Shown: positions 9,259-19,519 of the stretch, one piece after another
Layout: each line of letters opens with the position of its first letter
How positions within the stretch are numbered: position 1 is the first letter of the stretch
Origin: Treponemataceae bacterium
GTDB taxonomy: Bacteria > Spirochaetota > Spirochaetia > Treponematales > Rectinemataceae
Length of the DNA: 64,000 bases
Assembly (NCBI GenBank): GCA_963677895.2
Contig: CAXXGJ010000025.1
Location: forward strand, 32,001-96,000
Direction: 5' to 3'
Position numbers and translations under genes: made by a program
Notes under the pieces: generated by a model
The model's database searches: none
What the model was told of the DNA's origin: nothing
The model's input: only the letters and a program-made list of their open reading frames with translations

Positions 9259-10494
9259 CTATCCGAGGAAGAGAGGCGTGAGATGGCGTTCGAAGAGGTT
9301 GGTGGTCACATTGCGGCTGATGTGCGATTTATGGGTTTCCAAGGCCTTCAGATACTCATCTCCCATTTCGGCCGCGACCTTGAAGCCGACATGGATGAGC
9401 TGCCTGAAATCGCGGTTGTAGCGGGGATTTTTCCTGTCGTGCCTCAGCGCGGAAACGTAAGCGGCGGAATCCCAGTTGTACACTTCGGCGGGCGAAGGCA
9501 GCCTGGATTTGGAGATGTCGATGACGGTGGCGTAGGGTTTGGACAGTTCCTCGAAGCGGCCATATGCCTGGTCGTAGATCTTCTTGGCGAGCTCGAGCCC
9601 GCTGCCGCCGGCCTCGGCCAGGCCGATCACTTCCTCGAGCCATGTGGTGCCGGCGGTCTTCAGGTGGAGGCCGCAGCCGAGCCGTTTGATGATCTTCCCG
9701 ATTCCGGGATAGAGGCTGAATTTGTCGCTTCCGGTATGGATGGAGAGCTTAAGGCTGGCGGGGAGGGAGAAAGCGCCGATCGCCCACATGGCGACCTTGG
9801 CGTCTTCCTCGAACTCCTTGAGGAAAGCCGCGGGGTCGCCGACATAGTCGACGCCCTTGTTGAATCGCCCCGAGAACTTGGGGGCTATGGTCTGGACAGG
9901 GATGCCGACTTCGGCGAGTCCGGCGAGGATGACGATCATCTCGGCCGGGGATTGGGGTTCGTCCGTCTCGTCCATGGAGACTTCTATATGGAAATTGCCG
10001 TCGGGCTTGCATTCCAGGATTTTCGCGTAGACCTTGGCCGCTTCATCGATGGCATAGAGATATTTTCGGGCGCTCTTTTCCATGATCTCCGCCGTGACAG
10101 CTACCGGCGCGCTTTTGTCGCCGACGAGGCTCTTGTGGCCGGCGAGGAAGGTCTGGATGCGCTCAGCGGAAGCGGGTTTGCCGATGAAATCGGCGACGTC
10201 GATGGTGAAGAAATCGCAGTAGGCCATGAACTTGTCGACATTCTGCAGGCCGATGTGGTCCGCGTCTACGCAGTACGAACCTGTGAATCCGGTGGCTTTG
10301 ATAGCCGCGTCGGCGGCGGCGCGCTGGTCTTTGGGTTCGGTGCCGATTATCACGTGCTCGCGGTTGCTCTTGTTCCAGACTATGGAGGCGTTCACCCCTT
10401 TCTCGGCCAGAAACTGGAACGCGCGAATCTGCGCCTCGCCCTGTCTGCCGAATCTATCGCCCGTCCCTACCGAATATTTGCTCAATACTTTCAT
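9259..10494 (-). CDS. uxaE: Tagaturonate/fructuronate epimerase (UxaE family)
   Basis: GTGDRFG, VDADHI, EVSMDET, KLSIHTGSDKFS and HLKTAGTTWLE motifs. Confidence 0.88.
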   Translation of the reverse strand: MKVLSKYSVGTGDRFGRQGEAQIRAFQFLAEKGVNASIVWNKSNREHVIIGTEPKDQRAAADAAIKATGFTGSYCVDADHIGLQNVDKFMAYCDFFTIDVADFIGKPASAERIQTFLAGHKSLVGDKSAPVAVTAEIMEKSARKYLYAIDEAAKVYAKILECKPDGNFHIEVSMDETDEPQSPAEMIVILAGLAEVGIPVQTIAPKFSGRFNKGVDYVGDPAAFLKEFEEDAKVAMWAIGAFSLPASLKLSIHTGSDKFSLYPGIGKIIKRLGCGLHLKTAGTTWLEEVIGLAEAGGSGLELAKKIYDQAYGRFEELSKPYATVIDISKSRLPSPAEVYNWDSAAYVSALRHDRKNPRYNRDFRQLIHVGFKVAAEMGDEYLKALETHKSHISRNVTTNLFERHLTPLFLG

Positions 10495-10520
10495 AAAATT
10501 TAGCTCCTTTCGATCTATCT

Positions 10521-10549
10521 GCTATACCCCGGAAGCCGTTTCTGGTCAA
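10521..10549 (-). promoter_or_regulatory. Putative sigma70 promoter for the uxaE operon
   Basis: TTGACC-17 nt-TATAGC on the minus strand. Confidence 0.5.
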
Positions 10550-10574
10550 GGTGGAACCGAAACCGGGACCAATC

Positions 10575-10603
10575 TTGAATCCGCGCCGCCTCCTTGTTAC
10601 ACT
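10575..10603 (+). promoter_or_regulatory. Putative sigma70 promoter for the LarA-family gene
   Basis: TTGAAT-17 nt-TACACT with extended -10 TG. Confidence 0.5.
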
Positions 10604-10647
10604 TCAATATATATGATGAATGGACGCAGCGGCGTCGAGGAGCAGCC

Positions 10648-11928
10648 ATGATGTATGTAACCCGGGGCTCGGCCCAGGAAGAAATAACGCCGACAATTCT
10701 CGCGGAACTGGTCAAGCGCGCGATCGAGGGAATCCGGGGGGCGAAGCGCGTCGTGGCCCTTCCACCGGACATCACGCGTTTCCATTCACAGGCCGGCGCG
10801 ATCACCGACCTGCTCTACGAGAATCTGGGATCGAGACTCTCGGCCGTCCTTCCCGCCCTGGGAACGCACGCGCCCATGACGTCGGCCGAAATCGCCGCCA
10901 TGTATCCGCGGACGCCAGCCCATCTTTTCCGTATCCACGATTGGCGAAAGGATCCGGTCGAACTCGATCGCATCCCGGCGAGTTTCGTGCGGGAAGTCGG
11001 TGAGGGTGTCGTGGATTACGACTATCCCGTCCAGGCCAACAAGTCGCTCGTCGACGGAAGCTTCGACGCCATCGTATCGATCGGCCAGGTCGTACCCCAC
11101 GAGGTTGTGGGCATGGCCAACCATGCCAAGAATATTTTCGTGGGAACCGGCGGCAAGGAAGCCATAGACAAGAGTCACTTCCTGGGCGCCTCCTACGGCA
11201 TGGAGCGGATGATGGGCCGGACCGATACGCCGGTGCGCCGCGTTTTCAACAAGGCGCTCGAACTCGCGAGCGGAAAACTGGCGCCCGTACTCTGGATCCT
11301 CACGGTCATGGGCAGGAACGATGAGGGCAGGCTCGTCATGAAGGGCTTTTTCGCCGGCGACGACCTGGAATGTTTCGAGAAGGCCGCCGCCATCGCCCGG
11401 GACGTGAACATCGATCTTCTGGACGAAAGCATCGACAAGGCGGTCGTCTGGCTCGACCCTTCCGAATTCCGCAGTACCTGGCTCGGCAACAAGGCTGTCT
11501 ACAGGACGCGCATGGCCATGGCCAACAAGGGCGAACTCATCATCATGGCGCCCGGCCTCGCCCACTTCGGCGAAGACTCGGGTATCGACGCCCTGATAAG
11601 GAAATACGGCTATCGCTCCTCCCCCGAAGTTCGCGAATTCGTCCGCCGGAACGAGGATCTCGCCTCGAGCCTGTCGGCCGCGGCCCATCTCATCCACGGA
11701 TCAAGCGAGGGTCGTTTCAGGATTACTTACGCGCCGGGGCCGGGAATCTCCAGGGCCGAAATCGAGAGCGTGGGATATGGCTACGCTTCGCTGACCGAGA
11801 TGCAGGCGAAATACGACGTGAAGAAAATGTCCCTCGGCTGGAATGAACTTCCTGGGGGAGAACGGGTATTCTTCGTGCCCAATCCGGCTTTAGGTCTCTG
11901 GTCGACGAAGGCTCGTTTCGGGGTATGA
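10648..11928 (+). CDS. Lactate racemase (LarA) family protein, probable D-mannonate/D-gluconate 2-epimerase (GntE-like)
   Basis: PPDITR, ALGTH, VVPHEVVG, ANHAK and GNKA match LarA-superfamily active-site positions; divergent from uxaE; GAGGAG RBS. Confidence 0.75.
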   Translation: MMYVTRGSAQEEITPTILAELVKRAIEGIRGAKRVVALPPDITRFHSQAGAITDLLYENLGSRLSAVLPALGTHAPMTSAEIAAMYPRTPAHLFRIHDWRKDPVELDRIPASFVREVGEGVVDYDYPVQANKSLVDGSFDAIVSIGQVVPHEVVGMANHAKNIFVGTGGKEAIDKSHFLGASYGMERMMGRTDTPVRRVFNKALELASGKLAPVLWILTVMGRNDEGRLVMKGFFAGDDLECFEKAAAIARDVNIDLLDESIDKAVVWLDPSEFRSTWLGNKAVYRTRMAMANKGELIIMAPGLAHFGEDSGIDALIRKYGYRSSPEVREFVRRNEDLASSLSAAAHLIHGSSEGRFRITYAPGPGISRAEIESVGYGYASLTEMQAKYDVKKMSLGWNELPGGERVFFVPNPALGLWSTKARFGV

Positions 11929-11932
11929 ACGC

Positions 11933-11955
11933 GAAGGGGGCGGAGGGCCCCCTTC
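11933..11955. terminator. GC-rich hairpin between convergent genes
   Basis: GAAGGGGGC-ggagg-GCCCCCTTC. Confidence 0.5.
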
Positions 11956-11996
11956 AGCGCATCGCCCTTTCAGCGCATCGCTCTTTCAGCGCATCA
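11953..11996. repeat. 16-bp tandem repeat, about 2.7 copies
   Basis: TTCAGCGCATCGCCCT / TTCAGCGCATCGCTCT / TTCAGCGCATCA; the last copy contains the kinase stop codon. Confidence 0.85.
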
Positions 11997-13389
11997 CGAA
12001 AAGGGCTTCCGTGCCCGCCTTTCCATCTCTTCGCTTTCCTATCGTCACTTTCCAGCCGTGAAGGTCAGCCGCCGCCTTGACGATGGTAAGCCCAAAGCCG
12101 TGGCCGCCGCCCGATCGGGAGGGTGAGCCCCGGTAGAAGGCGTCGAACACGTAGGGCGCGTCTTCCTCGGCCAATCCGGTTCCGTCGTCGGCCACGGAAA
12201 AGGCGAACTTCCCTTCGTATTGAATGAGCTTGAAGCTGATTTCGCCCTCGTCCTGCGAATATTTGAATGCGTTGGTCACGAGATTTTCCATCGCCCGCTC
12301 GATTAGAAGCCTGTTCATCGTGATAGACGGAATGGCGAAGTTGGGTTCGGGTGAGGCTTCTTCGCCGAATCCCCAGGTCAGGTTTCTCTTCAGGAGACGG
12401 GCGTCGCTCGCGAAGCGAAACCCCAAGGTCCGAAGCAGTTCCCCGAGGTTCACCTCTTCTACGGAAATGCTGCCTTCCCCGCCGATTTTCAGGAAATCGA
12501 TGATCTCGCCCGTCAGGTCTTCCAGCTGTTTCGCCTTGTTCTGAATGATCTGCAGGTATTTTCTCTGGGTTTCCTTGTCGGAGGCCACATTGTCGGCAAG
12601 GGCGTCGGCGTAGCCCTGGATGAGGGCGATGGGCGTCTTCAGGTCATGGCTTACGCCCATCAGCATCTTGGATCTGCGTACCAGCATATCCTTGAGATTG
12701 AGGCGCATGAGGTTGATCGACTTGGCGAGGAGGAGGATTTCGTGATTGCCCGATCCGGCCACCTCGTGATCGAGGTCGCCTGTGGCCACGATGGCCGTAT
12801 CCTCTTCGAGGGTCTTTATGGCGCGGCTTATCGAGCGGAGGATGGCGAGCGAGATGACTCCCGAGACGATGAAGAGTATGAGCGCGAAACTGCTTATGAA
12901 AAGGACAGTGCGGTTGCGCAGGTCCTGTTTGGTCCAGAAAGGCTGGATATCGTAGAGGATGAAGGGGCTGTCATCGCTCTTCGGATCGATAGGATTGAGC
13001 CTGAATTCGGGTTTCGGTCCCCCGCCGCGGCTGTCGGGCGAGGGGCCAGCGGTATCCGAACTTGCGCGACGGGGGGGCACCAGGTCGGTGAGTCTGATCG
13101 AACTCCCCTGCGCGATATGCGAGAAGGTGGAAAGGATGACCTCGCCGTCGGCCGTCAAGAGCGCCACTTCCCGAAGCGGCATGCCGGCTTTCTCGGCTTC
13201 CTCGTTCATCGTCTCGACCGTCAGCGTCTCGCCCGCGTGCCATCGCGCGGACAGCGCTTCGATAAACACCTTGGAAGGGATCCTCGGATCCTTGGGCGCC
13301 TGCTGAAAACCGAAGAAGACTATGGAGAATATGACGGGAAGCAGCGTCACCGCCGCCGTGAGGACGGCAAACTGGGTTTTCAGCCTCAC
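11986..13389 (-). CDS. Sensor histidine kinase (HAMP-HisKA-HATPase)
   Basis: Two TM helices, VSHDLKTPI H-box, ENLVTNAFKY, DDGTG, GHGFGL. Confidence 0.92.
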   Translation of the reverse strand: MRLKTQFAVLTAAVTLLPVIFSIVFFGFQQAPKDPRIPSKVFIEALSARWHAGETLTVETMNEEAEKAGMPLREVALLTADGEVILSTFSHIAQGSSIRLTDLVPPRRASSDTAGPSPDSRGGGPKPEFRLNPIDPKSDDSPFILYDIQPFWTKQDLRNRTVLFISSFALILFIVSGVISLAILRSISRAIKTLEEDTAIVATGDLDHEVAGSGNHEILLLAKSINLMRLNLKDMLVRRSKMLMGVSHDLKTPIALIQGYADALADNVASDKETQRKYLQIIQNKAKQLEDLTGEIIDFLKIGGEGSISVEEVNLGELLRTLGFRFASDARLLKRNLTWGFGEEASPEPNFAIPSITMNRLLIERAMENLVTNAFKYSQDEGEISFKLIQYEGKFAFSVADDGTGLAEEDAPYVFDAFYRGSPSRSGGGHGFGLTIVKAAADLHGWKVTIGKRRDGKAGTEALFVMR

Positions 13390-13398
13390 TTCATCCTC

Positions 13399-14100
13399 CT
13401 ATGCGATCGTTTCCGGATTGAATCGGTAGCCGAGCCCGTATTGTGTCTGGATGTACCGCGGGGCCGACGGATCATCTTCAATCTTGCGCCTCAATCTCTG
13501 GATATAGACCCCCACGGCGCTGACGTCGCCGAAATTCTGTCCCCATACCTTATCGTAGAGTTCCTCGGGCGTGAAGGACTTGCCCTTGGCCTCGATGAGG
13601 GTCTGGAGGATGCCGAACTCCCTCGGGGACAGGCTGATGGGCAGGCCTGCCTTCGTCAGGAAAAGCGCTTCCGAATCCAGCTCGAAGGGGCCGAAACGCC
13701 AGACCGATCCTTCCTTGCCCAAAGCGGGGACTTGGGATCTTCTGATATAGGCGCGCACGCGGGCCGCAAGGACGCGCGGAGGGCAGGGCTTCGTGACGAA
13801 ATCGTCGGCCCCGACCCCCAGTCCATGAATAACGTCCTCCTCGGCTTCCCTCGCCGTCAGGATCATGACGGGAATCATGGTGGTCTTCCTCAGTCTTTCG
13901 AGAAACTCAAAGCCGTCCATGCCCGGAAGATTGATGTCCAGGATGATGAGATTCCATTCGTTTTCCTTAGCCAAGGCCAGGGGGAGCCCCGCCTCCGCGT
14001 CGGGCGCTATCTTGCATTCGAAGCCTTCCCTGTTCAGGTAGAGCATGTAGAGTTCGGCCAGCTCCTTTGTGTCTTCGATGATCAGGATTTTTCCTCTCAT
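13399..14100 (-). CDS. OmpR-family response regulator
   Basis: ILDINLPGMDG receiver; winged helix with YIQRLRRKIEDDPSAPRYIQT. Confidence 0.93.
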   Translation of the reverse strand: MRGKILIIEDTKELAELYMLYLNREGFECKIAPDAEAGLPLALAKENEWNLIILDINLPGMDGFEFLERLRKTTMIPVMILTAREAEEDVIHGLGVGADDFVTKPCPPRVLAARVRAYIRRSQVPALGKEGSVWRFGPFELDSEALFLTKAGLPISLSPREFGILQTLIEAKGKSFTPEELYDKVWGQNFGDVSAVGVYIQRLRRKIEDDPSAPRYIQTQYGLGYRFNPETIA

Positions 14101-14109
14101 GCCTTCACC

Positions 14110-15786
14110 TCATCGCCGTTCGAAATCGAGAACTGTCCAGTACAGGCTTATGTCGGCCCCGACTCTGTCCAGGGCGAATCCCTCATCGAATTTCAGGGGG
14201 GCGCCGACGACCAGCTTGACCTGGTTGAAAATATTCACCGACAGGACCGGCTTGATGATGTTACCCCTCGGGGCATATTCGGAGCCCGCGGCCCCGAAGG
14301 AGGATACGGCGGTGAGGTCCATGTTGAAGCGGGATCCGCCCGAACCGAGGGTCAGTCCGAGGGAGGGCCCTATCCTCGTGGAATTGTCCGAGAAGTTATG
14401 GAGGGCATAGGCGCTGAAAGAAGTGTTCACGAGATCCTTTCCCCTGCCCTTCCTGAAGCCGAGGCCAATACTGCCTGCCAGATAGAACCGGCCGTTGCCT
14501 GTCGCCGAGATGTCGGCGGAGCTGTATCCATCGACCGCCTTTATGGCGTTTTTAGCCGCCGCTATCGCGAGGATGGACGAGTCCGCGTAGCCCGCGCCGT
14601 TATAGTAGCCCTGTACGTGTAGGTTCAGCACGAAGCCGTCGGAAGTGAATTTGGAATACTTGAGGCCGAGGGTCGACTGGAAGATGGGCCTGTTCTCTAT
14701 GGTGTAGGCGCGGTAACCTCCCGCTCCGTCGGACTCGGCGTAGATGCGGTCGGAGCCCCAGGCGATGATGTTTTCGCCATAGACATCGATGCCGGCAAGC
14801 GCTCCGGTGAAGAGAAACATGGCTCGGGGCTTGGCCGCCATGTCGCCCCGGTAAAATCCCGCCAAGGTAAGCTCGAAACCGCCCACGACGAAGTCGGTGC
14901 GCTGGGCGACGGAGAATTGCCCCAGCTCGTCGATCTCCGTGGGCGGGACGACATAGAGCGTCGCATGGTTTAGGCCGAAGGGCATGTCGGCCTTGAAGGC
15001 GAAGGGGCCTTCGCGCTCGGCGCGGGGGTTGTCGGGATCTATGGCGGAGAGGCTGAGGACGTCGGAAGGTTTATACCAGTTGCCCACGCCCCAACGTACC
15101 CGCTGCTTGCCCATCCTGAAGAAGAGCGCCCTATCGATCGCGGCGTCGACGAAGAGTTCGTCGAGGGCGAACCCCTCATCCGCGACGGTGAGGCTCGTCG
15201 CGCTCTGGGTCAGGTTGTAATCGTAGGAAACGGCGCCGTAGAGTCTGAAGAATTCGGAAGCCCTGAGGTCGGCATAAGCGCTGGCCTCGAGATCCTCGAC
15301 GCCCGAGGGGAGAAAGGTTCCCGAGAGCTCGACATTGTAGACATATTCCTTGGAAGGAAGGAAGGTGAAGGCTATCGAGTCGAGGCTGACGCCCCCGAAA
15401 AGGCTTTGGCTGTCGGTGCTCTTCGCTCCGTAAGGAACGAAGGAACTCTGGAGCCCTGCCGCCGCCTCGCCTTCGAGGAGAAATACGGGGTAGGTCTTTA
15501 TGTCGTCGACGAGTTCCACGATGCTTGAGGCCGCGACATCGGTGTCGATCACCTTGATGATGTCCGACTCGCCTCCGAAGAGGGCGCTCTCGTCGAGGGG
15601 CTTCGCGGTGTCGGTTATGTCCTGGCCCAGGGCCGCGCTGGACGTGGATCCGGCGCTGCCGGAAGTCTGGCCCCCCGCCTGGCCGAAAACTCGCCCTGAG
15701 GCGGGGCCGGCGCCCAGAACGAGAGCGAGAAGAGCGAGGAAGGCGGCGGTCTGGCGCCGTCCGGCGCGCGAAATGTCATGGTTCAC
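14110..15786 (-). CDS. Exported hypothetical protein, probable outer-membrane beta-barrel
   Basis: GTG start with GGAGG RBS; signal peptide; RMGKQRVRWGVG motif and alternating aromatic/polar beta-strands; last gene of the LolA/LolCDE-like module. Confidence 0.6.
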   Translation of the reverse strand: MNHDISRAGRRQTAAFLALLALVLGAGPASGRVFGQAGGQTSGSAGSTSSAALGQDITDTAKPLDESALFGGESDIIKVIDTDVAASSIVELVDDIKTYPVFLLEGEAAAGLQSSFVPYGAKSTDSQSLFGGVSLDSIAFTFLPSKEYVYNVELSGTFLPSGVEDLEASAYADLRASEFFRLYGAVSYDYNLTQSATSLTVADEGFALDELFVDAAIDRALFFRMGKQRVRWGVGNWYKPSDVLSLSAIDPDNPRAEREGPFAFKADMPFGLNHATLYVVPPTEIDELGQFSVAQRTDFVVGGFELTLAGFYRGDMAAKPRAMFLFTGALAGIDVYGENIIAWGSDRIYAESDGAGGYRAYTIENRPIFQSTLGLKYSKFTSDGFVLNLHVQGYYNGAGYADSSILAIAAAKNAIKAVDGYSSADISATGNGRFYLAGSIGLGFRKGRGKDLVNTSFSAYALHNFSDNSTRIGPSLGLTLGSGGSRFNMDLTAVSSFGAAGSEYAPRGNIIKPVLSVNIFNQVKLVVGAPLKFDEGFALDRVGADISLYWTVLDFERR

Positions 15787-15795
15787 GGTCGCCTC

Positions 15796-16665
15796 CTACT
15801 GGCTTACGCGTTCGAGATAATTCTTCGTGAAGACATCGTTGGGCACTGGCTTGGTCGATATGTTGGTGTAGGTCGTCTGCGTCCTCTTTTCGGGGATGAG
15901 GCCGTCCTGGAAGGTTTGGACGGTGGGCACGAGGGATTTCCCGATCTGCGCGTAACTCGTGTAATAGGAGGTGCGCAGCAGAACCTTGGAGAGGCTGTAT
16001 TCCTCCACCTTGAGGACGATCGAGCGCTCCTTTTCGATGTACATCGTGATATAGGGGAAGGGAACCTCATCGTTGTTCGCCTTCAGTTCGCCGATCCACA
16101 CGTCGTACTTGCCCAGCTTTCCCGCCTCGAGCTTGACCACATCGTAGTCCATGGCCCGCTGGAAGCGCCTGAAGTCCGAGTTGCGCGTCGTGGTGTTCTC
16201 GTACTGCTCCTTGAGGGTCGTATGGTTGAACTTGCGCGAACTGGGGTCGTAGCGCCACATGTTCGAGTCGACACGGAGCATGCCCTGGCCTTTCCGCGAC
16301 TCGGGCTCGAGGGTGATCATCAAAAAGGCGTCATCCTTGTCGCGGCGATAGATGATTTCCTTGCGTGTCTGAGTGCCCTTTTCGGGGCTCACCGACACCA
16401 TGGTGATCGTCGCCGTCATATCGCTGTCGTAGAAGCTCGAGCGGATGTCGGTGGCGCGCACGAGCATGAGGAAATCCTTGCCCGACCAGTCTTTGGGATC
16501 CTTCGACGTCGGAAGCTTGTAGTCATCGAGTCCCGGCAGGCCCGGCCCCATCATCATGCCGCCCCCGGGAGGGGGGCCGCCCTGCGCTTCCGCTCCCGAG
16601 AGGGCGAGGCCGACGAGAAGGGCGAGGCCGACGAGGCTCGCGAGACTTTTAGTCCTTAGTTTCAT
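15796..16665 (-). CDS. Outer-membrane lipoprotein-sorting (LolA-like) protein
   Basis: Signal peptide; EPESRKGQGMLRVDSNMWRYDP; C-terminal VPNDVFTKNYLE typical of LolA-like sorting proteins beside FtsX/LolE permeases. Confidence 0.75.
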   Translation of the reverse strand: MKLRTKSLASLVGLALLVGLALSGAEAQGGPPPGGGMMMGPGLPGLDDYKLPTSKDPKDWSGKDFLMLVRATDIRSSFYDSDMTATITMVSVSPEKGTQTRKEIIYRRDKDDAFLMITLEPESRKGQGMLRVDSNMWRYDPSSRKFNHTTLKEQYENTTTRNSDFRRFQRAMDYDVVKLEAGKLGKYDVWIGELKANNDEVPFPYITMYIEKERSIVLKVEEYSLSKVLLRTSYYTSYAQIGKSLVPTVQTFQDGLIPEKRTQTTYTNISTKPVPNDVFTKNYLERVSQ

Positions 16666-16675
16666 CCTGTACTCC

Positions 16676-17956
16676 TTACGCGGTAACGCGCAACGCTTCT
16701 ATTGGCAGAAGCTTCGAGGCCCTCAGGGCGGGGCCGGACACGGCTATGGCGCTCGCCGCCATCACGCAGAGGCTGACAAAGGCGAGCGACAGGATATCGG
16801 GAGAGAAGAGGAGCCTCCCCCGCGAGAGGGCGGATCCGAGGCTTCCCGCCGGATCAAAAGGAATGAGGTGGGCGAGGAGGCCCAGGGGCATGGAGGCGAG
16901 CACCCCGGCGAGACTCCCCGCCATGGCTATGAGGAGGGCTTCATAGATGAAGATCCGGAAGACGTCCTTTCTCCTGAATCCGATGCAGCGCAGCATGCCG
17001 ATTTCCTTGGTGCGCTCCATGAGGACCATGCGGTAGGTATTCGTGATGCCCGCCATGACGAGGACGAGCATTATGGCGAAGATGGTGGCGCCTATCCACC
17101 GGACCGATCCGAGGACGGCCCCCATCTGGCCAGAGAGTTCGGTCACCGTCGCCATCCTGTAGAAAACCTCGCCCGGCCGCGCGCCCGTACCGGCCGGCGA
17201 AGAGGATTGAGCCGTCCTGAAGGCGTAGCCTTCGGCGCCGAGCCTCTCGACGAGTCTCTTCCCGGCGGCGTCAGCCGCCGCCGCGTCGGGCAGAAAGACG
17301 GCGAGGGACTGGTATTGGCCTTCCTTCAGGTTGAGGTCGGCAAGGAGGTTCGCCAGGGGAACGAAGACGGTAGTCATGCCGCCGGCTGCCGCGTCGTCGT
17401 ATACCGCCGCGAGATTGTACTCTGTGACGTTCTGCTGTCCCGACACCGTCGAAAGGCGCACGAGCACGGAATCGCCCAGGCCGAGGCCGAAGCGCCTGGC
17501 CGAGGAGGCTCCCATCACGATGGCCCGGTCGGCCTTGGCCGAAGCCCAGTCGCCCAGGTTGAGGACGAGGCTTCCCGAAAAGAGCCGATCGCCCTTCCAG
17601 TCCACGCCCCTGACCTTCAGCTGCTGTTCCCTCGAGCCGAAAACGACCGTGGCCTGAGCCTGAGCCGTGGGCGACACGCTGAGCGCCTCGGGGAGGATTT
17701 CCTTCGTCTTCGCCGCAAGCTCCGGGTCCTCGATCCTGTTCAGGGACCTGCCCGATTCGCTGGTCCCGAATCCGTTGATGAGGATATGGCCGGCCGAGAA
17801 GAGGGTCACGTTCGCCTGAACCGCCTTTTCCATGCCGGCGGTGAGCCCCGTGGAGAGGCATATGACGATGACGCCGAAGGCTATCGCGCCGCCGAGGAGG
17901 GCTGATCTGCGCGGCTGCCTGAGCGTGTTTCTCAATGCCATCGTGGAACGGATCAT
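16676..17956 (-). CDS. ABC transporter permease, FtsX/LolE/MacB family
   Basis: Start MIRSTMALRN (AGGAG RBS); MERTKEIGMLRCIGF; C-terminal PALRASKLLPIEALR. Confidence 0.88.
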   Translation of the reverse strand: MIRSTMALRNTLRQPRRSALLGGAIAFGVIVICLSTGLTAGMEKAVQANVTLFSAGHILINGFGTSESGRSLNRIEDPELAAKTKEILPEALSVSPTAQAQATVVFGSREQQLKVRGVDWKGDRLFSGSLVLNLGDWASAKADRAIVMGASSARRFGLGLGDSVLVRLSTVSGQQNVTEYNLAAVYDDAAAGGMTTVFVPLANLLADLNLKEGQYQSLAVFLPDAAAADAAGKRLVERLGAEGYAFRTAQSSSPAGTGARPGEVFYRMATVTELSGQMGAVLGSVRWIGATIFAIMLVLVMAGITNTYRMVLMERTKEIGMLRCIGFRRKDVFRIFIYEALLIAMAGSLAGVLASMPLGLLAHLIPFDPAGSLGSALSRGRLLFSPDILSLAFVSLCVMAASAIAVSGPALRASKLLPIEALRVTA

Positions 17957-17967
17957 CGCGGTCTCCT

Positions 17968-19519
17968 TCACTCGCCCTGCATGGCGACGACGGGCCGTAT
18001 CCGCAGCGCTATGGCGATGGGGTACAGCGATGAGAGGATGCTCATGCCGAATATCCACAGGAAGGCCCGCAGGGCGGCTCCCGCGGAAATGGAGGGCACC
18101 AGTTTTTTCCCCGCGAATATGGCCTCGAAGAAGAGGTTGGGCGCCTCGATGCCCGACCGACGCAAGACCATCAGCGCGAGGTAGCCGAGGAAGACCCCGG
18201 CGAGGCCGGCGATGATCGCTAGAAAACTGGTCTCGAGGAGAATCATCCTGCGGATGAAGCGTTTTTTCGCGCCCAGGGCGCGCAGAGTGCCTATTTCGGG
18301 CACCCGTTCGCTTATCGATACGACGAGGACGTTCATCGTGATCATGATGACGATGACGGCCACGATGGAGACCATGAGATCGAAGACGAGGCGGATGGTC
18401 ACCGCCGTTCTCGCCACCGCGCCCGCCCCGGCTACCCAATCCTGGACATGGACGCTCTGGTCCAGCCCCGCGGCGAAGGTCTTGAGCCCGTCCATGAAAC
18501 GCGCGGCGTTCACGCCTGAGCCAAGCCTTATGAGGATGAACTGCCATGCGGGCTCGGGGGGCGCGGACAGCGCGGCCACTCCGGACGCGGCGGCAGCGTC
18601 TTCAGCTACGACGTCTTCAACCGCGGCGTTTTTCGCCGCGACGTCTTTAGCCGCGACGGCGCTCAGGAAGGGATCGACGAAGCCGCCGCCCTCCGAGACG
18701 ATGCCCTCTTTCTCGGGATCGGCGATGACATCGGCCCCTGCTTCGTCGCCGAAAAGCGCCTCGGGGTCGAAGGCTTCGACGAATTCAGCCTGCTTCTCGC
18801 TGAGGACGATCTGGCCGTCGCGCAGGCTCGCGAAGCCCAGAAGGTCGCGCATCGTGTCGGCGTCGACGAGGGATATCTTCGCCAGTTCCTGGCTGCTCTG
18901 GTTAAACCTCACGACGCCAGCGACTTCCACTTCCCGGATGACGGTGCCGGCGGTGTCGCCCAAGGCGCTCAGGACGATCTTTTCGCCAGCTCCGATCTTT
19001 TTGCCCGCCGCCCTCGAGAGCATCTGGGCTGACATTTCGGATATGATGATCCAAGCTTGACCCCCGCCCGACGGCCATTGGCCTTCCACGAGGCTGATGT
19101 TGCCCGAAAAGAAATTCCTGTAATCGGCGATGTCAACGCCGAAGGCCGAGCCTTGACCGATAACCTGTTCGCCCAAGCCCATGGCCACCTGTCCGCTCAG
19201 CATGGGAAGCGTCGCCGCGACATTCCTGTCGGCGGACAATCGTTTCTGAGTAGCTCGAAAAGGCCGCGATATGAGGGATGACTTCCTCCCCGCCTGCCGT
19301 TTCGCCGAAAATCGTCGTCGGGAAGCTCGTGGGCCCCGTCACCATGACGTCGCCCGTATAGCCCTCCACGAACATCTTTTTCAAGCCGCCGATAGCCGTA
19401 TCGATGAGGGAATTCCCGACGAAGAGCACGGCTATCCCGAGGCACATGATCGTGCCCAGGAGGATGCTCTTCGCCTTGTGCAGGAAAAGATTGCCGTAGG
19501 CCATTCGAAACAGGATCAT
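17968..19519 (-). pseudogene. ABC transporter permease, FtsX/LolE family, interrupted by a single +1 frameshift near 19244 (possibly a sequencing error)
   Basis: N-terminal part (MILFRMAYGNL, 19133..19519) and C-terminal part (SERVPEIGTLRALGA, 17968..19239) are in different frames; removing one base gives a 516-aa permease. Confidence 0.8.

Noticed and set aside
12646..14622. 658-aa plus-strand ORF and many similar long ORFs (e.g. 9085..10503, 16556..17905, 43175..44350)
   Set aside because: They are antisense shadows of well-supported genes, expected from high-GC codon bias, and show no recognisable motifs.
17957..18547. N-terminal extension of the 623-aa permease ORF
   Set aside because: It overlaps the upstream permease out of frame. 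The real start is MIRSTM at 17956, with an AGGAG RBS.
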